Shown: piece after piece, positions 18,816 through 26,820 of the stretch
Layout of the letters: each line of letters opens with the position of its first letter
Position numbering within the stretch: the first letter of the stretch is position 1
Program-made: the position numbers and the translations under genes
Notes under the pieces: model-generated
What the model was told of the DNA's origin: nothing
What the model saw: only the letters and a program-made list of their open reading frames with translations
Database searches by the model: none
Origin: a virus
Length of the DNA stretch: 48,193 nucleotides
Virus record (IMG/VR): IMGVR_UViG_3300048918_000310
Location: 1-48,193 of that record
Direction: 5' to 3' (one strand)

Positions 18816-21800
18816 ATGAAAAAGCCCATCATAGGGCCAAAACAGCATGCCGCTTTCCGGGATAAATACCTGGCAGCGATCATCGCAGCAGCGGCCCTTC
18901 TTTTAAATTTAACCTCATCAGCTCAAACTTTGGATACATCCAGGGTACGGCAAGGTGTGTTCGCTAATCCGGGATATGATTATATTGGCTTAGGTACATC
19001 GAGGACTTTAAGACCTCCACAGGATACTTTTCCGCAAGCGGCCCGTGACAGTGGCGCAATTAGCGTTAAAAATGGTACTATATATCTGTGGAGAAATGGG
19101 CGCCATATACCGTATAGTAGTGGCGGCGCCGACAACAGTATAACAACCGGCAGTCGAACAGTCAATGGTGACTATATTCAGAATTGGAACCACCACTGGT
19201 TTTATCTCAACAACCTGAGGGCGCTTAATATAAACAGCAATAGACCGGATCCTAATCTGCCACTTAACAACAAGGTATTTAACTTTTGGAGTGATAGCAC
19301 CTATAATTCAACAGCCCTGCAATTGGCCTGGGGCCTGAAGGACCAAAGCAATTCATTTACTGACAGTCTGCACTTTGAGATTAATAGCAATAAGGATTAT
19401 ACGTACTTAACCCATTGGGTTGACAAGCAGCAGAAGTATGTCGAGATGGATCTGTCACCTTATCTATCCGACCCTACTATAAACATATTGGCGGGTGATA
19501 CAAGCAAATTCGGGATGTACCAATTCGGGGCCGGGTATGCATCCTTGCAGCCACAAGATTCATTGCGCGTTAAAGCTGTTCCGGCAACCACTGCACCAAA
19601 AGTATTAGGCTTTCGCTCAATCAGCGGCGATGTGGGAACCGTTGTATATATGGATGCGCCTACAGGCGGAGGCGGTGCTCCATCCGGTCCAGCTGGCGGC
19701 GATCTTACTGGAACATACCCCAATCCAACAATTGCCAATAACGCGGTCACTAATGCAAAGGCTGCCCAGATGGCCGCGCATACGTTCAAAGGTAATAATA
19801 CCGGATCAACAGCTAATGCAAGCGATCTTACTGCAACACAGCTTACTGCCGAATTAAATGTCTTTGGTGCGAGTACAAAAGGGCTTGTGCCGGCTGCGGC
19901 CGCTTCGCCATCGTCTTCTAAGTATCTTTCGGAGGACGGAACTTTCTCAACGCCATCTGGCGGCAGTTCGTCAACTGCGTCTCAGGGGCTTATAGCCTCC
20001 GGAAGTGACATTCGTCTGGGTAATACAGATAGTAGCACTACGGGGCAGATGACACCTAACCGTTACATCATAGGGACGTCGGGAAAGAAATTAGATGTAT
20101 CAGTCAGCTGGTTTGAAAGCGATACAACCCGCAGAAAGATTAATGGGCGTTATAATCTCGACTCGTTGTACTTTCTTGGCGACTCACACACAACCGGTAT
20201 TGGGGCTTCCTCTCCAACGAAAGCTTTCAGTACCCAAACATCTGCTGCGCTTGGGTTCACTGAAAAAAATCTGGGTGTAGGCGGAACTACCATGATAGAT
20301 CACTGTAAGGTTTCAATTGTTCCTAATTATTCGGCTACTACACCTGGTAGCTTTGTTATTATAAACTTCGGAACTAATGATGCACGTAATGCCGCGGCCA
20401 GTGTACCCGGTTATGATACGACTACATTTAAGATTGTATACAATGCAAAGATTGATAGCTTACATAATATAAAAGGCTGGCCGCTCGATCATATAGTGAT
20501 AAAGCAGATGGAATACAGTACGGAAGGTGGTTCATTCACTGAGTTCATAAAATTCAAGAATGCCACTAGAACCGTAGCATTAACAAAAGGAACTTTATTC
20601 GATGCAACCTGGGATAGGATGGCTGCTGATGCAGGACCAGGTTTTGTTGGCGCTGATGGTTATCATCCTAATGATGATGGTTACGCCTTCAGCGCGTACG
20701 GGCTTATGTTCTTATTAAGAAGTCAAATTAAGAACGGGAATCAGGTAATGGCTATTAATGGCGCTACTGAATTTAAAGACCTGTATATAAAGCAAGCTGA
20801 TACATCTGCCACAACTACAATGCCCGCAGGTGTTGATAGTACTGGAAAGCTGGTTAGAATGACGCCAAACTCTTTTATAAGGAACAACGGGAATTCAGCA
20901 CTTCCTAATGCCGGTAACTTTTCTATTAGCGGTAGAGGTTATGCAGCAACAGCGATAACATCATCTAGATTAGAGGTGTATGGAGCTGCATCTGCTCGTG
21001 ACGTGGGAGTTCCAGCATTACAGGGATGGGTTGACGGTTCTAATCAGGCGCACATATGGGCAGTGAATTGGAATACCGGTGGAACAATGCCCCTTTATCT
21101 ACACGAATACGGCGGAACGGTCCAGGTTGGACCAGGAACACTAAACGGGAGTGCCCGGCTATCCATTGGCGGTAATTCAATTGCAACCGGTTCATATCAG
21201 GGGATGGGTGCTTTTGCTGGTAACGCAGCAGGCCCATCTATGCAGTTATATTATGCTTCTGGCGGGTACGGTGGATTGCAGGCTTATGATAATCCCAATT
21301 CACTTGCAAAACCATTGGCCCTACAAGAATTCGGAGGAAATACAATGATCGGCTCCGCTACTGATAACGGGTATAAACTTCAGGTAGATGGCGAGAGCCA
21401 GCTAAAGGACCGAATATTAACCGGTCGCAACAGGACACTTCATAATCAGGGGCTAACTGGGTTGACGCTATCGATTGCAGATGCGACGTATACAGATGAC
21501 AACACAGGCAACGGTGGTACTGTAAGCCACGTTGTGGCGGCTTCAATCGGCCAGCCCACATTAGCCGCAATGGGTACCGGTGTAACCTATACGACCGCAA
21601 GTACGGTTTATCTGAAAGGCGGCCCTGTTGCAGGTTCTAATGTTACAATCAGCAATCCCTATGCATTATACGTTGAATCTGGCAAAGCACGACTGGGAAC
21701 TGTAAATACAGGAAGTAGCTCCGATTCTGTTTTGGTAATGACAGCAGCTCACGAGGTAAAAGCTGTCGCGCAAAGTTCTATAGGTCCGGTTGTATTCAAA

Positions 21801-22049
21801 GGTTCCACATCTTGGGACCCGACTAGTATAGGTGCTAATTCTAGTACATCTATAACCTTTACGGTTACCGGCGTTTCACTCGGCGACCCAGTAACAGTGT
21901 CTAAAGTTTCTGGTTCATATAGCAATGGAGAGGTCTACTTCGCTTATGTGTCCTCGCCAAATTCAGTCACCATTCAATTGCAGAACACTAGCGGCGGATC
22001 TTTCGATATTACTTCCGACACATTTAATGTCATCGTAATTAAATATTAA
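18816..22049 (+). CDS. Tail fibre or tailspike with an internal SGNH/GDSL hydrolase (esterase) domain
   Basis: GDLTGTYPNPTI fibre motif at ~19696-19735. SGNH blocks are FLGDSHT, GVGGTT, INFGTNDA and DGYHPND (~20160-20730). Confidence 0.75.
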   Translation: MKKPIIGPKQHAAFRDKYLAAIIAAAALLLNLTSSAQTLDTSRVRQGVFANPGYDYIGLGTSRTLRPPQDTFPQAARDSGAISVKNGTIYLWRNGRHIPYSSGGADNSITTGSRTVNGDYIQNWNHHWFYLNNLRALNINSNRPDPNLPLNNKVFNFWSDSTYNSTALQLAWGLKDQSNSFTDSLHFEINSNKDYTYLTHWVDKQQKYVEMDLSPYLSDPTINILAGDTSKFGMYQFGAGYASLQPQDSLRVKAVPATTAPKVLGFRSISGDVGTVVYMDAPTGGGGAPSGPAGGDLTGTYPNPTIANNAVTNAKAAQMAAHTFKGNNTGSTANASDLTATQLTAELNVFGASTKGLVPAAAASPSSSKYLSEDGTFSTPSGGSSSTASQGLIASGSDIRLGNTDSSTTGQMTPNRYIIGTSGKKLDVSVSWFESDTTRRKINGRYNLDSLYFLGDSHTTGIGASSPTKAFSTQTSAALGFTEKNLGVGGTTMIDHCKVSIVPNYSATTPGSFVIINFGTNDARNAAASVPGYDTTTFKIVYNAKIDSLHNIKGWPLDHIVIKQMEYSTEGGSFTEFIKFKNATRTVALTKGTLFDATWDRMAADAGPGFVGADGYHPNDDGYAFSAYGLMFLLRSQIKNGNQVMAINGATEFKDLYIKQADTSATTTMPAGVDSTGKLVRMTPNSFIRNNGNSALPNAGNFSISGRGYAATAITSSRLEVYGAASARDVGVPALQGWVDGSNQAHIWAVNWNTGGTMPLYLHEYGGTVQVGPGTLNGSARLSIGGNSIATGSYQGMGAFAGNAAGPSMQLYYASGGYGGLQAYDNPNSLAKPLALQEFGGNTMIGSATDNGYKLQVDGESQLKDRILTGRNRTLHNQGLTGLTLSIADATYTDDNTGNGGTVSHVVAASIGQPTLAAMGTGVTYTTASTVYLKGGPVAGSNVTISNPYALYVESGKARLGTVNTGSSSDSVLVMTAAHEVKAVAQSSIGPVVFKGSTSWDPTSIGANSSTSITFTVTGVSLGDPVTVSKVSGSYSNGEVYFAYVSSPNSVTIQLQNTSGGSFDITSDTFNVIVIKY

Positions 22050-22106
22050 CCAGTTGACCATTAACCTTATCCGCATTCCTAACCGGCCCTTTAAGCCATT
22101 TACACA

Positions 22107-22328
22107 ATGAAAACAATGAGCGTAGACAATAGGTATGCTTTCTTGTGCGGTGTAACAATATATGTCTGGCAAAACCTTCTGCATATACCCACCGATCTGG
22201 TAGTTGGCCTTATTAAGGCAGGGCTTTTTGGTGCTGCTGGTATGGCTGGGAAAGAGCTTTTCACATTTGTAAAGAAAGCAGTAGTAACCTATATACAAAC
22301 TCGTAAATCTAAACGTAGTCGAAAATGA
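22107..22328 (+). CDS. Holin candidate (73 aa)
   Basis: Two hydrophobic segments and a strongly basic C-terminus (TRKSKRSRK). First gene of the lysis block. Confidence 0.5.
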   Translation: MKTMSVDNRYAFLCGVTIYVWQNLLHIPTDLVVGLIKAGLFGAAGMAGKELFTFVKKAVVTYIQTRKSKRSRK

Positions 22329-22711
22329 AAAAATATCCTGATTTCTATAGCGTCCTTGTTGGTCCTTCACCTGGCTTTTTGCTCGGTTACATTGTGATTG
22401 CATTCATATGCGCCGGCGCCATTGTATTGTATGATATCGGCAGGCGTGACGTAAGCAGCCCACGAACACCGGAAAAGCTCAGTTTCAAGTTCTGGCTTGC
22501 TGATAACCTGGCCCGCATAATGGCAAACTTCATATTGATACCAATAGCGATTCGGCTTTGTTACCAATACGTACCACCAGTATGGATGCTTTTGTTGGCA
22601 TGCGGTATTGGCTTTGGGGTTGATGGACTCGGAATGATTGCCAAAAATTCAGGGTTATTGACTACAAACAAACTTGCTCAAAAAATAAAAGACGGGATTG
22701 ACAAAGTATGA
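22325..22711 (+). CDS. Membrane protein (128 aa, ~3 TM)
   Basis: ATGA overlap; hydrophobic segments. Confidence 0.55.
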   Translation: MKKYPDFYSVLVGPSPGFLLGYIVIAFICAGAIVLYDIGRRDVSSPRTPEKLSFKFWLADNLARIMANFILIPIAIRLCYQYVPPVWMLLLACGIGFGVDGLGMIAKNSGLLTTNKLAQKIKDGIDKV

Positions 22712-23337
22712 ATAAGAACTACTTAATTATCGGCTTGCTGGTAGTCTTGGCTGTCTGCCTTTTCTTCCTGCTTCAGCCCGACAAAGACCACGATATACAC
22801 GCCAGCGAACACGCCCAGGTGGTTGCGAACGACGACAGCGTGAAGTCGCATAAGGCCCAATACTTATACATAATCGATAGTCTGAACAAGGACAACGCAC
22901 AGCTCAATGCGCTTGTAAAAGACCTCATGGCTGGTCAGGAGCAGTACAAAGGCGACCTGAACCAAAAGGCTGCAGAGGTTAAAACGCTGGCGGCACAGAT
23001 CAAGGTAATGAATAAGGACACAGCATTGATCGCGAAAGTTGACAGCCTAGTGAACCTGGTTGGTAACCTTAACTACTTTCTCGTACAATACGAGGTTTAT
23101 ACCGATAGCCTGAACCGGGTGAACGCTGCACTTAAGGCCAATTACGAGGCCAAGGATTTAGAGAAAGATAAACATATAGCTGAACTGCAATCAGCCTATG
23201 ATAATCTTTTCAAAGCTTATCAACAGTTGTTTGCAGATAGTCGGGTGATGGCAAAGGATCTGAAGCGGCAGAAGCTGAAAACAAAAATTGTAGCCGTGTT
23301 GGCCGGGGCCGCTGCGGTGTTGGGGTTGGTAAAATAA
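22708..23337 (+). CDS. Membrane-anchored coiled-coil protein (spanin-like topology)
   Basis: N-terminal TM (IIGLLVVLAVCLFFLL), a long coiled coil and a C-terminal TM (IVAVLAGAAAVLGLV). Confidence 0.5.
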   Translation: MNKNYLIIGLLVVLAVCLFFLLQPDKDHDIHASEHAQVVANDDSVKSHKAQYLYIIDSLNKDNAQLNALVKDLMAGQEQYKGDLNQKAAEVKTLAAQIKVMNKDTALIAKVDSLVNLVGNLNYFLVQYEVYTDSLNRVNAALKANYEAKDLEKDKHIAELQSAYDNLFKAYQQLFADSRVMAKDLKRQKLKTKIVAVLAGAAAVLGLVK

Positions 23338-23365
23338 TTCAAGTTTCACTCTTTAAATAAAAATT

Positions 23366-23683
23366 ATGAACACAGTAAAAATGATTCTTAAAATGATATT
23401 GGCCGCGCCATTTGTTATCGGCTTAGATATCATTATTCCCTTTTCAACATTTGCATTGCCGTTTGTGCAGGCGCATGGAAAACTATTGCTTTTTGGTATT
23501 GCCTTATTGAACGCATTCGTTGGCGGCGGTATTTCTGGTGGCTTCCTGGATAAAAGAGTAAAAACCGGTTTTAGCTATTGGGGGAAACCGTTACAGGTGA
23601 ACGGGGAATTAAATCCCACATATGCTTTTGCTGGGATTATTCTGGTAATTAGCATTGCGTGGACCTTATGTATTCAACCTTGA
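23366..23683 (+). CDS. Membrane protein (105 aa)
   Basis: Three hydrophobic helices. Confidence 0.5.
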   Translation: MNTVKMILKMILAAPFVIGLDIIIPFSTFALPFVQAHGKLLLFGIALLNAFVGGGISGGFLDKRVKTGFSYWGKPLQVNGELNPTYAFAGIILVISIAWTLCIQP

Positions 23684-24102
23684 CCTGGGAGGTTGCCATA
23701 TTGATAGTTACCGGCCTCGCTGCACTCATCATCCAGATGGTTTACTTCCTGTTTGATGATCGAGCCGTAAATAATACCGCCAAAGATCGCCGGTTAAAAC
23801 TCATCTGGCATGCGGCTGGAGGTGCAATTCACATCTGGATGGGATACGCTGTCGCCAGGATTGCAAACGACTGGCATGCCGGCTTCTTTATGGGGTCTAT
23901 CACCTGGATGTTGTTCGACGGGTGTATCAACAGCTTTGTTCTCAAACGCGAGTTCTGGTATATCGGAGATACAGCCCAATGGGACATTGCCCAGCGTTGG
24001 GTTGCCGGGCTGCTGCACATCGAGCATAGAGCTTTCAGTGCGACCCTTAAGATCGGTACCCTTGCTTATTCAATTCTTCTTTTAATCCCTAATCTCTTAT
24101 GA
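23659..24102 (+). CDS. Membrane protein (147 aa). Start is GTG 23659 or ATG 23668.
   Basis: Multiple TM segments; ATGA overlap with the endolysin. Confidence 0.5.
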   Translation: MDLMYSTLTWEVAILIVTGLAALIIQMVYFLFDDRAVNNTAKDRRLKLIWHAAGGAIHIWMGYAVARIANDWHAGFFMGSITWMLFDGCINSFVLKREFWYIGDTAQWDIAQRWVAGLLHIEHRAFSATLKIGTLAYSILLLIPNLL

Positions 24103-24662
24103 CAGAACGCGACATATTAAAATGGATCAAGGATAACCTGGGCCCAGCGATCGACCGGGCCCTGATCCATGCCCGTGAAAAGTTTCCGGAGCATCCTTAT
24201 ACCCGGGATTGGGTAGCCGGGATCATAATGCGGGAAACCGGTTTCCTGATCGCCCGCTATGTGAAGGCAGGGACAATGCCGGCAATCATTCACACCCTCA
24301 TGCGCGGTGATTACAGCCAGCGGCCAGGCGAAAAGGAGAAATCATATCATGGGTATGGCTATACTCAGATTGACATCGGCAGTTATCCCGACTTCGTCAA
24401 GTCTGGCGATTGGAAAGACCCTTTCAAAACCATTTGCAAAGCCATTACCGTATTGGAGGAAAAGCGCCTTTACCTGGTGCCCAAGTTTCCAAACCTGCAG
24501 GGCGACAGTCTTCTCAGAGCCATTACAGCGGCATACAACTGCGGTCAAGGGAATGTAGCCAAAGTACTGGCAGCTGGTCAGGACATCGATGCTAGGACCT
24601 ATAACCACGATTACAGCCGGGAGGTATGGCGTTATCGGGAGATATTTAATTCACTTCAATAG
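24099..24662 (+). CDS. Endolysin, lytic transglycosylase (SLT/GH23-like)
   Basis: Has the RETGF catalytic-Glu context, GYGYTQID and AAYNCGQGNV, which resemble the SLT motifs E-S, GLMQ and AYNAG. Confidence 0.7.
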   Translation: MTERDILKWIKDNLGPAIDRALIHAREKFPEHPYTRDWVAGIIMRETGFLIARYVKAGTMPAIIHTLMRGDYSQRPGEKEKSYHGYGYTQIDIGSYPDFVKSGDWKDPFKTICKAITVLEEKRLYLVPKFPNLQGDSLLRAITAAYNCGQGNVAKVLAAGQDIDARTYNHDYSREVWRYREIFNSLQ

Positions 24663-24693
24663 CCGGGGACGGGGTTACCGAACAAATAAACTT

Positions 24694-24963
24694 ATGGGTG
24701 ATTTCAGAATTATAGTAAACGCAATTGGTGGCCATGGCCAAGATCGTAGTAAAAAAGATGGCGAGGTAGTCGATTTTGGAACAAACACGCCTGAAGCAAT
24801 TGCAAAAGAATTCGTAGAAAAATTGAAAGCTTCAGGCGTGATAGTGGAAGATGCTTCTGTAGTTCACTGGCCCATTGATAACTATGGCGGCCAGTTAAAG
24901 AACGGCAGGACAAATCAAATTGTAGATAATTTGGTAACCGGTATACGCACAGGCAGCTTTTAA
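24694..24963 (+). CDS. Hypothetical protein (89 aa; start at MGDFRII)
   Basis: The internal ATG avoids overlap with the endolysin. Confidence 0.45.
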   Translation: MGDFRIIVNAIGGHGQDRSKKDGEVVDFGTNTPEAIAKEFVEKLKASGVIVEDASVVHWPIDNYGGQLKNGRTNQIVDNLVTGIRTGSF

Positions 24964-25148
24964 TGCCCCGCCGCAAACCTAAATATCCTGATAAACCTTA
25001 CGTGCCCAGCGAAGACGCCCGGCGCCGCATTGCGGTCCTTATGGAGCCCGAGAAAGCAAAGGAAATGAAGTTGATTGATAAGTGGGCGCCTAAAGGCGGA
25101 TGGCAATTATGGCGATGGGATGACCTTACCGATGTACTCTTTGATTAA
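24963..25148 (+). CDS. Hypothetical protein (61 aa)
   Basis: TAATG coupling to the previous ORF. Confidence 0.45.
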   Translation: MPRRKPKYPDKPYVPSEDARRRIAVLMEPEKAKEMKLIDKWAPKGGWQLWRWDDLTDVLFD

Positions 25149-25187
25149 CTATACAGCCAGTTTTCTCATAGCAGTTAGTTTTGGTTC

Positions 25188-25213
25188 GGCCCGGTAGTCT
25201 TATCGGGCCTTTT
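25188..25213 (+). terminator. Rho-independent terminator
   Basis: Stem ggcccg / cgggcc with a 10-nt loop, then tttt. Confidence 0.6.
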
Positions 25214-25242
25214 AAAACTCTTTTTAACATCAATAACAAAAC

Positions 25243-25503
25243 ATGAAAGGAAAAGAATTACGGGCGCTATTGACCCCAGAAACCGACGAGTTGGAAGTAA
25301 TGGTGATGGTTGAAAATCATTTAAAGCCTGGCATGTTTGCCTTTGCGCCTGCATGCACATGCAATACAGGTATTTCTGAACTGGGGCCAGCAGAAGACGG
25401 TAAAGGCGGGGGAGAAAATGTATTTCTTGTTTTGCCGCATGGTCCAGGAGTGCCAGAAAATGAAATCGATAATCCTGAAAATACCAGTCCTGAATTAAGT
25501 TAA
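25243..25503 (+). CDS. Hypothetical acidic protein (86 aa)
   Basis: Stand-alone ORF between two terminators (moron-like). Confidence 0.45.
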   Translation: MKGKELRALLTPETDELEVMVMVENHLKPGMFAFAPACTCNTGISELGPAEDGKGGGENVFLVLPHGPGVPENEIDNPENTSPELS

Positions 25504-25558
25504 GTTATTGCGTCGACATTGCAATTATAGAACCAACTGGGGAGTTGGTGAACGGTAG

Positions 25559-25587
25559 CCCCGGCGATAGTCGGGGTTTATTTTTTT
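25559..25587 (+). terminator. Rho-independent terminator ending the long plus-strand late operon
   Basis: Stem ccccg(g) / (t)cgggg followed by tttattttttt. Confidence 0.65.
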
Positions 25588-25673
25588 ATAACCCTCTTAT
25601 AAACTGAATATGCAATAAGGAAAGTTAAAGGTAGTATTGCAGGTAAGAAGCAATTTAATAATTCCCAGTTCAT
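25578..25673 (-). CDS. Possible 31-aa hydrophobic peptide (MNWELLNCFLPAILPLTFLIAYSVYKRVIKK)
   Basis: Translated by hand. One TM-like stretch plus a basic tail. Below the ORF-track threshold. Confidence 0.2.
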   Translation of the reverse strand: MNWELLNCFLPAILPLTFLIAYSVYKRVIKK

Positions 25674-25716
25674 GATTATCGCCGGTTTTGGTTCGTTCCA
25701 CTAATGTAATAATGTT

Positions 25717-25959
25717 TTATTGAACCTGCAAAAGCCCTTTTAGCTTCACCAGCCGGTCGTAGGCTGCTTCGAAAGTCTTTACTCCAGGATAGGCCCGACA
25801 AACAGCGAAACTGTTTTTAAGGAATTGGGGTACATCTATGATTTTTTCTGCTTGGGATAGTTGTATCCCTTTCGGGAGGGGAGCGGATTTAAAATATTGC
25901 TCCAGTTTTGAGGGGAAGCAGTATCGCGGAACATTCAGTGCTGGCGCGGAAGAAATCGC
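25717..25959 (-). pseudogene. 80-codon open frame with no ATG/GTG/TTG start near its 5' end. It is in frame with the upstream 78-aa ORF and separated from it by TGA-4 codons-TAG.
   Basis: Hand translation: AISSAPALNVPRYCFPSKLEQYFKSAPLPKGIQLSQAEKIIDVPQFLKNSFAVCRAYPGVKTFEAAYDRLVKLKGLLQVQ*. Confidence 0.3.
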
Positions 25960-25974
25960 CTAATAAATAGCCAA

Positions 25975-26211
25975 TCATTCATGCCATGCAATAACCACGG
26001 CCACAAAATAATCTACCAGGTGCCCGATCCGCGGTTTATTTTCGTCGAAGTACCATTCATCACCCACTCGGCGCAGCCTGCCCCAATAGAAATTATCTAC
26101 CATCAGATGCCAGTGATTTTGGCCGGCGCCCAACACATCAGGATCTGTACTGCAGAAAGGATGATCTGTATTATTTGAAGTCCTTAAAAAACTCAGCAGG
26201 GGAGATGCCAA
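25975..26211 (-). CDS. Hypothetical protein downstream of the XRE regulator (78 aa; start uncertain)
   Basis: ORF overlaps the XRE gene by 41 nt. Confidence 0.4.
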   Translation of the reverse strand: MASPLLSFLRTSNNTDHPFCSTDPDVLGAGQNHWHLMVDNFYWGRLRRVGDEWYFDENKPRIGHLVDYFVAVVIAWHE

Positions 26212-26431
26212 GGGCTTTAAATGCCTTGTTAAGAGTGCTCAACTTCATATCTATTCCATTCTCCATATTGTACCACTGGCGCCGATCAAAGCCATGTTCG
26301 TAGGCGAAAGCCTCCTGGCTATAACCGGTCTCCTCTCTCAGCATTCTAAATTTATTGCTAATTTTTTGAATGAATTCTTTTGGTTCATCTAAATAAGCAC
26401 TGCCTTTCTTAGAATTCTTTTTAACATTCAT
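26171..26431 (-). CDS. XRE-family helix-turn-helix transcriptional regulator
   Basis: LREETGYSQEAFAYEHGFDRRQWYNMENG is a classic Cro/C1-type HTH. Confidence 0.8.
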   Translation of the reverse strand: MNVKKNSKKGSAYLDEPKEFIQKISNKFRMLREETGYSQEAFAYEHGFDRRQWYNMENGIDMKLSTLNKAFKALGISPAEFFKDFK

Positions 26432-26480
26432 AGGATAAAGTAAACAAAACGCGTAATCCTATACAACGTATTGCATTCCC

Positions 26481-26494
26481 CGTATTATAATACG
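26481..26494. promoter_or_regulatory. Perfect 14-bp palindrome cgtattataatacg upstream of the XRE gene (operator candidate)
   Basis: Read directly. It lies 50 nt upstream of the XRE start codon. Confidence 0.4.
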
Positions 26495-26560
26495 CAGAAA
26501 TATCATAACTTGTTCTTCATAGGATAAGGTTTAATGGTTAATGGTATTTGATTAGTACAA

Positions 26561-26592
26561 GGCCCCGGTTCCTTAACCCCGGGGCTTTTTTA
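26561..26592 (+). terminator. Hairpin plus T6 (terminator-like) with no upstream plus-strand ORF
   Basis: Stem gccccgg / ccggggc, then tttttt. Confidence 0.45.
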
Positions 26593-26770
26593 AATTATTA
26601 GCGTTTTCATATAGCGGATCAACACTCGCCTGTTTTTTACCGTAGGGCGAAATTACACACTGAATCCCTGGCTGAGCAAGGCTGGGGGTTTTTAAAATTA
26701 TTCCGGGATGTAGCAATCTCAGCAGCCTCTCGAAAGGGGGGCTGCTTCACCTTACCCCAGGAAAACGTGT

Positions 26771-26817
26771 AAATAACTGCCACCTGGTTGGGGGGGGGGG
26801 GGCAGTTATTTTTTTAT
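26771..26817 (+). terminator. 10-bp-stem hairpin whose loop holds a 13-nt poly-G tract, followed by T7. It abuts the integrase stop codon.
   Basis: aataactgcc-acctggtt-G13 (partly stem)-ggcagttatt-ttttttt. Confidence 0.5.
26790..26802. repeat. Homopolymeric G13 tract
   Basis: Counted directly from the sequence lines. Confidence 0.9.
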
Positions 26818-26820
26818 GGG

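Noticed and set aside
25960-25977. Alternative genetic code (TGA or TAG reassignment), suggested by the in-frame TGA...TAG between two open frames
   Set aside because: All other long genes in the genome (tape measure, polymerase, primase, tail fibre) are uninterrupted under the standard code and end at ordinary stops. Recoding of the whole genome is therefore not supported, and a local pseudogene is the simpler explanation.
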